This document shows, in pieces, positions 21,836 to 32,718 of a stretch of 64,000 bases of DNA (the stretch's first letter is position 1; every line of letters begins with the position of its first letter). The notes below the pieces were generated by a model. The model searched no databases, had not been told where the DNA came from, and saw only the letters and a program-made list of their open reading frames with translations. Source of the DNA: an uncultured delta proteobacterium (GTDB lineage: Bacteria; Myxococcota_A; Polyangia; Polyangiales; JAFGIB01); contig CAVZVA010000009.1 of NCBI GenBank assembly GCA_963778655.1, forward strand, positions 800,001 through 864,000, in the 5' to 3' direction. The translations under genes and the position numbers were made by a program.

Positions 21836-22677
21836 GCCTGCAACTCCACGCCCGTGGCTACGTCTTCGACGCCGCCAGCGCCGGCGACCCGCGGCACCCG
21901 CTGGTCCTCTTGCTGCACGGCTTTCCGCAAACGCACCACAGCTTCCGCGATCAGCTGCCGGCTCTCGCCGCGCGCGGATTCTTTGCGGTCGCACCGAATC
22001 AGCGAGGGTACTCACCCGGCGCGCGGCCTACCGATCTCGCGAGCTACGCGACCGAACACCTCGTCGCGGACGTGCTGGCTTTCGCCGACGCGCTCGGCGC
22101 AGAGCGCTTCCACCTGGTCGGCCACGACTGGGGTGGCCAGCTGAGCTGGTTGGTGGCCGCCTATCACGCCCCCCGCGTGCGTACGCTGAGCGTGCTGTCG
22201 CGCCCGCATCCAGGCGCGTTCGCGGAGGCGCTGCGCAGCGACGGCGCACAGGCCAAGCGCTCGCGTCACCACTCGCGCTTCGACGACCCGAGCACCGCCG
22301 AGCGCCTGCTCGAAGACGGTGCGCGCAGGCTCGGGCGTATGTTGCGCGATCAGGGCGTGTCCGCTGGCGACACCGAAGCCTACCTTAGGGCCTTTGACTC
22401 GTGTTCCGCCCTCGACGCGGCGCTCAACTGGTATCGCGCGGCGCGTGACAGCGCTCCCGAGCTCCGCGCTCGCGCCGTGCCCGCTATCGACGTGCCGACC
22501 TTGTATCTGTGGGGCGACGCCGACGCCGCGGTCGGACGCGCAGCCGCCGAGCGCACCGCCGAGCACGTGCGGGGCCTCTATCGCTTCGTGGTGGTGCCGA
22601 ACGCAGGCCACTTCCTGACCGATCAGGCGAGCGACCTCGTGACGTCCGCGCTGCTCGAGCACGTCGGCGCGCCGTAG
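21832..22677 (+). CDS. Alpha/beta hydrolase (epoxide hydrolase-like)
   Basis: [32 protein letters not shown]. Confidence 0.92.
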   Translation: MSLQLHARGYVFDAASAGDPRHPLVLLLHGFPQTHHSFRDQLPALAARGFFAVAPNQRGYSPGARPTDLASYATEHLVADVLAFADALGAERFHLVGHDWGGQLSWLVAAYHAPRVRTLSVLSRPHPGAFAEALRSDGAQAKRSRHHSRFDDPSTAERLLEDGARRLGRMLRDQGVSAGDTEAYLRAFDSCSALDAALNWYRAARDSAPELRARAVPAIDVPTLYLWGDADAAVGRAAAERTAEHVRGLYRFVVVPNAGHFLTDQASDLVTSALLEHVGAP

Positions 22678-22722
22678 GGCCGCGCTCGCCGCGAGGGGGC
22701 ACTTCGCAGGTGTAGTAATTGG

Positions 22723-24149
22723 GGCTCTCCTGACGCATGAGTGGGCGCGCGTTGCGTGAGTCGGGCGCGGGAAGTGGCTTGAAAAGCAGGGGGCTGCGAG
22801 GGGCACGAGCCCGTCGGCGGGGCCGGATTTCAGGCGCATGGCGAGGGCGGGGTACCTTCGGGTTGCGACACCAACGGAGGTCCGCCACCCGCCATGCAAT
22901 TGACGAAGGTACTGACGATCATCCTGGGAATGAAGTGCGTTCGAGCCCGCGGTTGCCAATTCGAGGAGGACACGCTGGTGATCCAGGTCGCGCCCACGAC
23001 GCGGGTCGCCCGGTGCGGCGGCTGCGGGTGCCGCTGCCGGCGGCTGTACGATCGTCGGCCCGATCGTCGCTGGCGGCACCTGGACCTGGGAGGCATGCGG
23101 GTCGAGCTGGGCTACGACCTGCGCCGTGTGGACTGCGGCCGCTGCGGCGTGTGCACCGAGCTCGTCCCCTGGGCCGAGCCCGACTCGGCGTTCACGCGCC
23201 CCTTCGAGCAGCAGGTCGCCTACCTGGCGCAACGCATGGACAAGAGCGCGGTCGTCGAGCTGATGGGCATCGCCTGGCGCACGGTCGGCAGCATCGTCGA
23301 GCGCGTGGTCAAGCGGCTGAGTCCCGAGGACCGGCTGAGCGGACTGCGCACGATCGGTATCGACGAGCTGAGCTACCGCCGCCACCACAAGTACGTCACC
23401 ATCGTCACCGACCACGACAGCGGTAAGGTCGTCTGGGCGCACGAAGGCAAGAACGCCGAGACGCTCGACAAGTTCTTCACGGAGCTGGGCCCCGAACGCT
23501 GCGGGCAGCTCCGAGCGGTCACCATCGACATGTCGCAGCCGTACATCAAATCCGTCAAAGCGCATGCTCCGTACGCCGTGCTCGTGTTCGACCGCTTTCA
23601 CGTCCAGCGGCTCGCACACGACGCGCTCGACAAGGTTCGCCGCGCGATGGTGGCCGAGCACCAGGACCGCGAGCAGCGTCGAGCGCTGAAGAACACGCGC
23701 TTCGTGTTGCAGAAGAACCCCGAGAACCTCTCCAGCCTCGAGCGCCGCAAGCTCGCCACCGTTCAGGCGACCAACCGTCCGCTCTATCGCGCCTACCTGC
23801 TCAAGGAGGCACTCGTCGATGTGCTCGACCGACGCCAGTACTTCGTAGCCCGCGATCAGCTCCTGGGCTGGCTGCAATGGGCGGCCCGCTCCAGACTCGA
23901 GCCCTTCGTCAAGGCCGGACGCACCATCCGCAAGCACATGCAGGGCATCCTCGCCTACGTCGACACCGGCCTCTCCAACGGACGCGCCGAGGGTACCAAC
24001 GGCAAGGTCCGCGTCCTCACGCGCCGCTGCCTACGGCTTTCACAGCGCAAAGAGCCTCATCGCGTTGCTCTTCCTCTGCTGCTCGCTGCCCCGACTCGCC
24101 CCCGTGCGCGTCGTCCCGAATTCACGCCCACTCACGTGTTAAGGAAACC
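22723..24149 (+). mobile_element. ISL3-family element, copy 2 (transposase from 22894, frameshift near 24027)
   Basis: Near-identical to copy 1; flanks taattgg / taatttgg resemble an 8-bp TSD with one indel. Confidence 0.93.
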
Positions 24150-24778
24150 TAATTTGGCAGCTCGGTTGGAACGGACTTGGCCGTCCACGGGGTGCTTGCG
24201 AATCGTGCTTGCATCGCGCTTTGCTCCCGTAGATGGGACTGAGGGTCGCCGTTCGTGACGCGGGGCGCGCGTTGATGTTCTCGACGTCGTACGATGCGAG
24301 CTTCACGATGCAGGCTGTGACCTGCTTGACAGCAGCCCGATCGAAGTTGGCTCAAATCGCCCCGCTGTCCGCCTGGAGCTCGCAGACGGACGGCGGCCGG
24401 TTTCGGCGCGCTTGAGCGCGGTGCTGCCACCTTGCCGTCACGAAGTCGTAATAGACAGTCCCGATGTTACGTGCAGGTCGCGTCACTCACCGCGGTTTCC
24501 GGAGTGTAGAGTGCTAGCGCGGTCTCGCAACGCTCGACCATTTCAAGCGGTCGCGCGTGGCCGCAACCGTGGTGCGGCATCCGCCGGACCGCTAAATGAC
24601 CGATCGGCACGGCCCTTCCCGAATCGCGATCGGTCATTTGGGCGCGCCCCGGCTTAAACGACCAAGGAAGCCCGGCGCCGACAATGGTCACCTTGCGCAC
24701 ACACACCGCGCCCACGCGCGCCTACAGCAGCCGTCACCCTCGCGTGCTGCCGGATGGGGATGGTACAATCACGGGTAG

Positions 24779-27700
24779 ATGACTGAGGGCGCCGCGTCCG
24801 CAACGGGCCGTTATGCCGTTAGGGACAAGCTCGGTCAGGGGGGAATGGGCGCCGTCTATCGGGCGACGGACCTGCAGACCGGTCTCGACGTCGCGCTGAA
24901 GCGCTTGCGCCCGTCAGAGGGCGCGAAGCATAGCGGCAGGTACGTCGAGCTATTCCACCAGGAGTTCCGCACGCTCGCCCAGCTCGCGCATCCGAATGTC
25001 GTGTCGGTGCACGACTTCGGTGCGGACGAGCACGGGCCGTACTACACGATGGAGCTGCTCGCAGGCGAGGACCTCCACGTGCTCGCGCCGCTGCCGTGGG
25101 TAGAGGCCTGCGCGCTGATGCGCGACGTCTGCTCCGCGATCGCGCTGCTGCATTCGCGCAGACTGCTGCACCGCGATCTCTCGCCGCGCAACGTGCAGCG
25201 GACTCGCGAACGCCGCGCCAAGTTGATCGACTTCGGCGCGATGGCACCCATGGGTCGGTGCAAGACTGTCGTCGGCACGCCGCCGCTGGTGCCGCCCGAA
25301 GCGTTGCTGCAACAGCCGCTCGACGCGCGCGCCGATCTGTTCGCGGTAGGCGGCACGCTCTACTACGCCCTCACGGGCAAGCACGCCTATCGGGCGCACC
25401 AGATCGCGCAGCTGAGCGCCGCATGGGCCAGGCCGCCGCTGCCGCCGTCCGAGCACGTACCCGGCATCCCGAGCGAGCTCGATCAACTGGTGCTGAGCCT
25501 GCTCAGCCTCGAACCGCTCGCACGCCCGTCCAGCGCGGCCGAGGTGCTCGACCGCCTCGCCGCGATCGCGGCGCTTCCTCGCGATGAGCATCTCGCGGTC
25601 TCGCATGCGTACCTGTCGACGCCAGAGTTGGTCGCGCGCGCGGAGCCACTGGCGCGCGTGCGCGGACGCCTCGCCGCGCTACACGCCGGTCAGGGCGGCG
25701 TGATCGCGATCGAGGGCGCTCCCGGGATGGGGCGTTCACGCATGCTCGATGCCTGCGTGCTCGAGGCCAAGCTCGCGCACATGGTCGTGGCTCGCGCGAG
25801 CGGCGCGGACGCGGCGACCGGAAGCTATGGCGCACTGCGCTCGCTGGTACGGCAGCTCGGCGAGCTGCATGAGGGCCCCAAGGTCTCGGCATTGCACGCG
25901 GAGGCGCTCGCGCTGCTCGCCGCCGGCGGCATCATGCCAGAGCTCGACGCTGCGCGGCGTCCCGAGCTTCAGGAGGCGTTCCAGGCTCAGCTCGAAGCGA
26001 TCGCACGCGTGCAGCCCGTGGTGGTCGCGATCGACGATGCAGAGCGTTGCGACGAGCCGTCGCTCGCTGCCCTGGCCGTGGCGTCTGCCCGCGCGACCGC
26101 TCGCGTGCTGTTCGCGGTGAGCTGTCTGCCGGTTGAGCACGAGGACCGCGCAGGTCCGCTCGGGACGCTGACGCGCGAGGCCTCGTGCATCGCTCTGCTC
26201 CCGCTCGGCCGGGCAGACACAGAAGCGCTGCTCGCATCGGTGTTCGGCGAGGTGCCATACCTCCAGACCCTGGCTTCGAGAATTCACGAACGCGCCGAAG
26301 GGAGCCCCCGCGGCTGCCTGGAGTTGAGCCAGTACCTGCTCGACCACGGGCTCGTGCACTATGAAATGGGCAGCTGGGTGCTGCCTCCCGCGCTCGCGGA
26401 CGCGCAGCTTCCCGGCACCTTGTCGGTCGCGCGCCGCGAGAAGCTCGCCGCATTGTCGGTGGACGCGCGCGAGCTGGCCGAGGCGCTGGCGCTGTGTGAA
26501 GGCACGGCGCTCGACGTCGAAGCCTACGCCGAGCTCACCGGGGCCGGCGACCGAGACCGCGTGCGTAGGGCACTCGACGAGCTCCTGTCGGCGCACGTCC
26601 TGTGCATGGAAGACGCGACCTACGTGTTCGATGCGCAGATCTGGCACGAGGAGCTCGAGTCCTGTCTGGATCCCGCCGACGCGAAGCGCGCGTGCGGCCG
26701 CATCGCCGATGCGCTCGCGCGTCGCGGCCGCGACCGGCTCGAGATCGCGTGCTATCGACTCCGCGCAGGTCAGGCGTCAGCCGCGATCGACCTCCTGCTC
26801 GAGGAGCTCGGACATGGCTCGCGCTGGAACAGGGCGCCGCCCGAGTACGGCAAGCTGCTGCGCGGCGCGATCGATGTTTGCCGGGAGCTCTCGCGGCCGC
26901 GCCGCGACCGGATGACGCTGCTGCGCGAGCTGATCAAAGTGGATCAGGATCTCGGCGCGCCGGATCTGCGCGACCACACGCTCGCGCTGCTTGCGGAGCT
27001 GCGGCGGGACAGCGGTCTCGACCAATGGGAACAGCCCGGCGGACCGACCGAGCCGCTGGCCCGCTTGCAACACGTGTGCGAGCAGATCAAAGCGCAGCAC
27101 GAGACCGCGGCGGCGAGCGAGCGGGGCTTTGCGCAGCTCGATGCGATCATTGCCCTCGGCGTGCTGGCCGCCGAAACCTGTGCGATCGCCACGCGCACCG
27201 GTGACGCGTCGCTGCTCGACGTCTTGCCCAGATTCGAGCCGTTCTATCCGCTCTCGCACGCCCTACGGCGCATCGACGAGGCGACGCTGCCCGCGTGCCG
27301 CGCCGTCGTCGCCGGGCGCTACGAGGAGGCGTGCGAGCGGTACCAGAAACAGCTCGCCGACCTGCTCGATCCGGCCTCGGCGGGCGTGCCCGAGGAGCTT
27401 CGGTCATGGGGCATGCGTGCGCTCCATTATGCGATCGGTAACATCGAGGCGAGCATCGGTCGGGAACAGGCGCTGGCTCACGCGGCCGCGATCGAAGGCG
27501 TCCCGGGCTGGCTCGTGCCCGCGTACAGCATCAAGCAGGTCTACCACCTCACCATGGGCAACTTGCGGCAAGCCGAGCGTTATCGCAGGCAGATCGAGCT
27601 GACCCGGCTGCAGAGTCCGATCAAGCCGCCCCTTGCGGCGGCTGCGGTGTTCCAGCACGTGTTCGTGTTCGCGATGACCGACAACCCCAACGGCATGCGC

Positions 27701-28822
27701 ACTGCGATCCCGGAGCTCGAGGCGCTCGGACGCTTGCATCCGGGAATGCGCCCGTTCGTGCCCTACGCACGGGCGGAGCACGCGCGCATCTGCGGCAACT
27801 ACGATGAGGCGCTCGCGCTCATCGAGCAAGCGCACAAAGAGGTCCGCCCCGGTGAGCATCCGGTCTGGCCCTGGCTCGTGGCGAGCACGCTCTTTACGAT
27901 GTTCGCGCAGGGCCGCTACGCCGAGGCGCACGCGATCGCGCTGCGCGCGAGCGAGACGGCCAACAACGTCGGCCTCAAGGTGCTGCGCGGCAACCTCGAT
28001 TTGCCGCTCGCCCTGATCGAGGCCAAGCTCTCCGACTTCGAGAGCGCCTGCGCGCGCATCGAGCGTTTGATCGAGGACCGCATGGCTCGCCGCATGCACG
28101 GGGTGGCGCTCGGCGCGATGCATGAGGTGCGCGCGCGCATCGCCGTATGGATGAACGACGCGCAAGCGTTCGAGCTCCACGCAGGGCTCTGCGCACAGCA
28201 CTTCAGGAAAAGCGGCGGTGAGCCCGCACTCGCCGCCAAGTACGAGCGCCTCATGCAAGAGGCGCGGCCCCGCGGCCTTTCGCTGCGCAGCGAGATGACC
28301 GAAGCGATGGCAGGTCAGACCACCCTCGAGCGCATGCCGCCTACGGGGAGCCAAGAGATGATACGCGTCGCGGACAGCAAGCTGGCTGCGTGCGGATCGT
28401 GCCAGGAGCGGATGCAGCGCGCGGTCGAGCTGCTCGCGAACGCCGCGTCGGCTCAGCACGCGGAGTTGTTCGTCCCCGGATCGGATACCCTGATCCGGGC
28501 CGCGTCCACGGCTGAGGGGCTGTCCGGACAGACCCTGGTCCCAGCGCTGTCGCGCATGCTCGACGCGGGCGGCGGGGCTGCCGGGACGGCGTTCACGGCC
28601 GAGCTGGAGGTCGTCGGGCCCGTGCTGCAGGACGGCTCGCTCGCGCGGCTCTGGCCCCTGCTCCTGGTCGAGCCGCGCGAAGACTCCACCGCGATCGCGG
28701 GGATCGTGGTGCTCTACTTCCGTGCGTCCGCGCCCGTCCGGCTTCCGAGCGAGATCGGGCGGGTCGTCGCGACGGCGCTGATCGAGGCGGGCGACGTGGT
28801 CCCGCACCTGATCCCGGCATGA
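24779..28822 (+). CDS. Ser/Thr kinase fused to AAA/STAND-like and helical repeat domains
   Basis: LGQGGMGAVY, VALK, HRDLSPRN, DFG, GTP; GAPGMGRS and VAIDD. Confidence 0.9.
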   Translation: MTEGAASATGRYAVRDKLGQGGMGAVYRATDLQTGLDVALKRLRPSEGAKHSGRYVELFHQEFRTLAQLAHPNVVSVHDFGADEHGPYYTMELLAGEDLHVLAPLPWVEACALMRDVCSAIALLHSRRLLHRDLSPRNVQRTRERRAKLIDFGAMAPMGRCKTVVGTPPLVPPEALLQQPLDARADLFAVGGTLYYALTGKHAYRAHQIAQLSAAWARPPLPPSEHVPGIPSELDQLVLSLLSLEPLARPSSAAEVLDRLAAIAALPRDEHLAVSHAYLSTPELVARAEPLARVRGRLAALHAGQGGVIAIEGAPGMGRSRMLDACVLEAKLAHMVVARASGADAATGSYGALRSLVRQLGELHEGPKVSALHAEALALLAAGGIMPELDAARRPELQEAFQAQLEAIARVQPVVVAIDDAERCDEPSLAALAVASARATARVLFAVSCLPVEHEDRAGPLGTLTREASCIALLPLGRADTEALLASVFGEVPYLQTLASRIHERAEGSPRGCLELSQYLLDHGLVHYEMGSWVLPPALADAQLPGTLSVARREKLAALSVDARELAEALALCEGTALDVEAYAELTGAGDRDRVRRALDELLSAHVLCMEDATYVFDAQIWHEELESCLDPADAKRACGRIADALARRGRDRLEIACYRLRAGQASAAIDLLLEELGHGSRWNRAPPEYGKLLRGAIDVCRELSRPRRDRMTLLRELIKVDQDLGAPDLRDHTLALLAELRRDSGLDQWEQPGGPTEPLARLQHVCEQIKAQHETAAASERGFAQLDAIIALGVLAAETCAIATRTGDASLLDVLPRFEPFYPLSHALRRIDEATLPACRAVVAGRYEEACERYQKQLADLLDPASAGVPEELRSWGMRALHYAIGNIEASIGREQALAHAAAIEGVPGWLVPAYSIKQVYHLTMGNLRQAERYRRQIELTRLQSPIKPPLAAAAVFQHVFVFAMTDNPNGMRTAIPELEALGRLHPGMRPFVPYARAEHARICGNYDEALALIEQAHKEVRPGEHPVWPWLVASTLFTMFAQGRYAEAHAIALRASETANNVGLKVLRGNLDLPLALIEAKLSDFESACARIERLIEDRMARRMHGVALGAMHEVRARIAVWMNDAQAFELHAGLCAQHFRKSGGEPALAAKYERLMQEARPRGLSLRSEMTEAMAGQTTLERMPPTGSQEMIRVADSKLAACGSCQERMQRAVELLANAASAQHAELFVPGSDTLIRAASTAEGLSGQTLVPALSRMLDAGGGAAGTAFTAELEVVGPVLQDGSLARLWPLLLVEPREDSTAIAGIVVLYFRASAPVRLPSEIGRVVATALIEAGDVVPHLIPA

Positions 28823-29022
28823 AGACGGGAAGGTACGGGACGGGCCTCGACGGTTCCATCGTGCTGCCGGACGGTTGTGAGAGGAGCGTCCGAACGGCCG
28901 GCCTGTGGCGAGGCTCGAGAGCCGCCTGCGCGGACGCGAGATCGAAGACTGCGAGCAGAGCACGCCCAACGCGGCGGGCACGCTCGCGATCGCACCCCGC
29001 CGACAAGGCGGCCGTGATCAGG

Positions 29023-29925
29023 TCATTTATGCTCGGGGCCCGACTCTTCACTCGTCAGCTTCTTGCGGATCAGCTGCAGCTCGCTTCGGCGCTCGTCGGT
29101 CGGCTCGGGGTAGCTCATCTTCAGCTTGTTGAACACGTGTAGGATGATCTCCGAGACGATCAGCCGAGCGTTCTCCTTGTCGTCGGCCGGAACGACGTAC
29201 CATGGCGCGTCCTTCGTGCTCGTCGCGCCGAGGCACTCCTCGTACGCTTTCCTGTAGCGCTTCCAGAACTTCCTCTCTTCGACATCCGCGAGACTGAGCT
29301 TCCAGTTCTTGTCCGGATCGTCGATGCGCTCGAGAAAGCGCTTTCGCTGTTCCTCCTTCGAGAGGTGAAGGAAAAATTTGATGATGCGCGTGCCGTTCCG
29401 GTGAAGGTGATTCTCGAGGTTCACGATGGACTTGTACCTCCCACGCCAGACGTCTTCTTCGTCGAGCAAGAGCTCGTCGGGCAGCCTCTGCGTGCGCAGG
29501 ATGTCCGGGTGCACACGAACGATCAGCACCTCCTCGTAGTATGAGCGGTTGAAGATGCCGATACGGCCCCGCTCCGGAAGGGAGCGGGTCGTGCGCCAGA
29601 GAAAATCGTGATCCAGCTCGGTCGCGCTTGGATGCTTGAAGCTGAAGACCTGGCAGCCTTGTGGATTGACGCCCGACATCACGTGCCGGATGGCGCCGTC
29701 CTTTCCGGCAGCGTCCATCGCCTGAAAGATCACGAGTACCGCGTACCGATTGGAAGCGTAGTGAAGACGCTGCAGCGAGCTCAGTTCTTCGACCTGCTTC
29801 TGGAGCAGCTTCTTGTATTCTTTCTTCGACTCGTAGATGGGTTTCGTGAGCGTCTTCCACTCGTCCAGGTTCACCTTCTTGTCCGGAGATACCCGGAAGT
29901 CGTGCGGATCGATCGTCTTCTTCAT
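29023..29925 (-). CDS. ppk2: Polyphosphate kinase 2 family protein (probably class III)
   Basis: [53 protein letters not shown]. Confidence 0.93.
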   Translation of the reverse strand: MKKTIDPHDFRVSPDKKVNLDEWKTLTKPIYESKKEYKKLLQKQVEELSSLQRLHYASNRYAVLVIFQAMDAAGKDGAIRHVMSGVNPQGCQVFSFKHPSATELDHDFLWRTTRSLPERGRIGIFNRSYYEEVLIVRVHPDILRTQRLPDELLLDEEDVWRGRYKSIVNLENHLHRNGTRIIKFFLHLSKEEQRKRFLERIDDPDKNWKLSLADVEERKFWKRYRKAYEECLGATSTKDAPWYVVPADDKENARLIVSEIILHVFNKLKMSYPEPTDERRSELQLIRKKLTSEESGPEHK

Positions 29926-29967
29926 GGTGTGGCACTCCTCCGTGAACCTGGTCCGATTCAATGCGCC

Positions 29968-30150
29968 CGAATCTCCCGCTACGCCCTGAGCCAGTCCTCG
30001 TCTGCACTGCCGTCGCTGCGCTCGTCGTATAGCTCATGCGCGCGTGTGTCGCGGTCTGCGGCCTGAGATCGAGAGGCGTCTTGTTCTTGAGCAACAGCGC
30101 TGCCTGGGTCGCGTCGAAGATCCGATACGCGAGCAGCTTGATCCGGTCGG
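29968..30150 (-). pseudogene. Remnant with DUF2934-like tail, probably the C-terminus of a P-type H+-ATPase
   Basis: DRIKLLAYRIFD...PLDLRPQ then shifted [23 protein letters not shown]. Confidence 0.5.
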
Positions 30151-30260
30151 AAGGTGACGGGTTCCAGTCCTTGCCAGAGTACGGCAGCGGATGGGACGGC
30201 ATCAAGCCAGCGGGCGACCGGAGCTCGAGGCGGTCGAGCACATGATCTGATTGGACTGCG

Positions 30261-30352
30261 TTAGTAGATATCATCGAGGTTGGCACTGGTGCGCCCGTGC
30301 CACCCTTGCTCGAAGCTGACGCCCGCAATGCCACTCAGGATGTCGATGCGAA
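30261..30352 (-). pseudogene. Nucleotidyltransferase (DUF6036-like) internal fragment
   Basis: RIDILSGIAGVSFEQGW.GR. Confidence 0.4.
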
Positions 30353-30432
30353 CGGCTCGTGGGCCAGCGTCGCCATACCGTCTGGTTCTGCGAAATGGGC
30401 GCTGGCCGTGGCTGCGTCTCGGGGAACCAATC

Positions 30433-31098
30433 TCACCACGGCAGCCGTTCGCCGTTCTGATGCCAGAAACCACCGCTCGTCGCCATGGTCAGCGCGTCGA
30501 TGCGGGCGAGCAGGCCCTTGGCGGCCTCAGCGGGCTCGACCTGGCCATGGCCTTCGGTCATGTCGGTCTTGACCATGCCGGGATGCAAGATCGCGACTGC
30601 CACGCCTGTCGCTTCGAGATCGCGCGAGAGAGACTTGGCGGCCATGTTCAGCGCGGCTTTGCTCATGCGGTAGCCGTACGCGCCGCCCGAGCCGTTGTCG
30701 CCTATCGAACCCATGCGGCTGGTGATGAAGGCGAGCTTGGAGCGACTGACCAGCGCGGATCGCAGCGCGTACGTGATGCGCAGCGGAGCCAAGGCATTCA
30801 CCTCAAACTGACGCCGAATCGCATCGACGTCCAACATCTCGCCGCGTTCTCGCCACTCCAGAATTCCGGCATTGTGGATCAGCAGGTCGATTTTGCGCAT
30901 GCCGACGGCGCGAGCGAGCTTCGCGATCCCCGAATCATCGGTGACCTCGACACCCTCGACGATCTCGACTCCCAACTTCGCCAGCGCAGGGCTGACGCGG
31001 CGGCAGCTCGCGAGAACCGAATACCCGCGCTCGGCGAGCAGCGATACGAGCGCGAGGCCGATGCCACGATTGGCGCCGGTGACGACCGCGAACGGCAT
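30433..31098 (-). CDS. Short-chain dehydrogenase, CsgA/C-factor-like family
   Basis: VTGANRGIG, LIHNAG, TSRMGSI.DN, YGYRMSKAALNM, HPGMVKTDM. Confidence 0.9.
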   Translation of the reverse strand: MPFAVVTGANRGIGLALVSLLAERGYSVLASCRRVSPALAKLGVEIVEGVEVTDDSGIAKLARAVGMRKIDLLIHNAGILEWRERGEMLDVDAIRRQFEVNALAPLRITYALRSALVSRSKLAFITSRMGSIGDNGSGGAYGYRMSKAALNMAAKSLSRDLEATGVAVAILHPGMVKTDMTEGHGQVEPAEAAKGLLARIDALTMATSGGFWHQNGERLPW

Positions 31099-31345
31099 GC
31101 CAGCGTTCTTGGCATCGTCGGGGCGTCCTGGCAAGCGGGCGGCGCAGTCAGGCTTGGGTCATGTGTCGATCATCGGGCTGCGTGCGCCGGTCGCCGCCCT
31201 GCAGGGCGCCGGGGTCGCGCGGGAGCGGTCCCGTGTGGAGGCTGGGCTCCTCGCCGCGCAGCTCGACGATGCGTACACCCGATTTCCGCTGGCCGGCTCG
31301 CGCGCGCAGTGCTCTCGACATTGCACGATAGGCAACTTGGCGTCA

Positions 31346-31924
31346 TCAGTGGCGGGCCAGCTCGAGCAGCCTCACCAAGTCGTCCTTGGTCAGCTTGCGT
31401 ATCTCCTGTCTGAGCTCCGGTGGCCACGGGCGAGGGCCGACCGAGCCGATCGTCTTCGCAAGATCGCAGATCGCGAGCTCGTTCAGAGCGACGGGGGAAG
31501 AGACGAGACCGATTGTCGGGGCCAGGTCCCGCTGCTTCTTTAGCTTGGCATGAAGATCCGTGTGCGGCTGCTCTGGGAGCGGACCCGCAAATCGATAGCC
31601 GTACCCGCGCAGCGTCTTGATGAAACCTGGGCTCGTGGACGAATTTCCCAGCGCCTTGCGGATTTCCCAGACCGCTTGGCTCAGCGAGCCACTGGCAACC
31701 CGGACGTTGGGCCACAGCGCGCGGAGCAGCTCGGCGCGTGAAACCGGACGCGGGCGATTTCGAATCAGGTACACCAGGACGTCCAGCGACCTGCTGGTGA
31801 GCGCTACCGGGCGTCCATTTCTGCGCAGCTCGCAGGCAGCCGGCTCGAGCTCGAATTCTCCGAATCTGTAGTGCTCGTGTGAGCTGGCGCTCGCTGCATG
31901 GTTCGATTGCGTGACGTGTTCCAT
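31346..31924 (-). CDS. OmpR/CadC-type winged-helix protein without receiver domain
   Basis: YRFGEFEL, L.YLI.NR...VSRAELL..LWP, SLSQAV..IRKALG, FIKTLRGYGYRF; RBS AGGAG. Confidence 0.85.
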   Translation of the reverse strand: MEHVTQSNHAASASSHEHYRFGEFELEPAACELRRNGRPVALTSRSLDVLVYLIRNRPRPVSRAELLRALWPNVRVASGSLSQAVWEIRKALGNSSTSPGFIKTLRGYGYRFAGPLPEQPHTDLHAKLKKQRDLAPTIGLVSSPVALNELAICDLAKTIGSVGPRPWPPELRQEIRKLTKDDLVRLLELARH

Positions 31925-32084
31925 GCTCCTGACTCGCGAAACACACCCGCACAGCAAAACGCCCGCTCGAGCGCTTCTTGGGTCGTCGACCGTGCTCCGG
32001 GCGAACCGAGTGTCCTGAACAGGTAGAGATACGAGCCGATGGATGTGAAGCGGGGATTCGACCGCGGGCTCCCCTCGGGACTGT

Positions 32085-32717
32085 TCAGTCCTCGGAAGCC
32101 GGTGGAAAAATGCCCTCCGACTCGGCCATCTCGCGCAACTTTTGCGTAACCAACTGGAAGCGTTTGCGCAGCCGGGCAGCCTCCTTGGTGATCTCGGCCT
32201 CCGCGATCCCGCTGTCCGGCCCCAGGCAGATTCTCGCGATGTCCTTCCACGAGAAGCGTCGCGTCGTTCGCAGATCGAGCAGGAGCTGGTCGTCTTCGCG
32301 CAGGCGTCCGCGCAATGCACGCAGCTGGCGTTTCACCTCGGTGCGCAAGTACGGCGGCGTTTGGGTGCGTTCACGCGCGATCATGTCGGACAGCGCAGTT
32401 GCCTCCGACAGGGTGACGCTTCGCGATCGTTCGCGGGCGAGTGCTTGGCGGGTCCGCGCGAGGGCGTGGTGTGCAAGCGTATAGACCCACGTGCGTACGC
32501 TCGAGCGAAACTCGAACCGGGGCAGCCCCCTGAGCAAATCTTCCGAAAACGCTGCAAAGGCGTCGGACGCAAGCTGCGGGTCGGCGGACCGCGCCACCAG
32601 AAAGCGCATGACTTCGCCGGCAAACGCCTCCATGACCTGGGCCGCGGCAAGACCAAACTGCTGTGCCTCGCACAGGGTCCTGACCTTCGGGTCGGGAGCG
32701 TGGCTGGGTACAGACAC
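32085..32717 (-). CDS. ECF-type RNA polymerase sigma factor
   Basis: D.F..F.EDL.RGLPRFEFRSSVRTWVYTLA, L.EDDQLLL.LR....SW.DIA, RLRKRFQ. Confidence 0.85.
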   Translation of the reverse strand: MSVPSHAPDPKVRTLCEAQQFGLAAAQVMEAFAGEVMRFLVARSADPQLASDAFAAFSEDLLRGLPRFEFRSSVRTWVYTLAHHALARTRQALARERSRSVTLSEATALSDMIARERTQTPPYLRTEVKRQLRALRGRLREDDQLLLDLRTTRRFSWKDIARICLGPDSGIAEAEITKEAARLRKRFQLVTQKLREMAESEGIFPPASED

Positions 32718-32718
32718 T

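Noticed and set aside
13018..24149. Composite transposon bounded by the two ISL3 copies
   Set aside because: Copy 2 has its own apparent TSD and the outer flanks do not match
24150..24480. Minus-strand gene interrupted by ISL3 copy 2
   Set aside because: Some protein-like stretches, but stops and shifts and no recognisable family; too weak to annotate
30433..31098. Assigning the gene symbol csgA
   Set aside because: Family motifs match, but such SDRs are widespread and orthology cannot be shown from sequence alone
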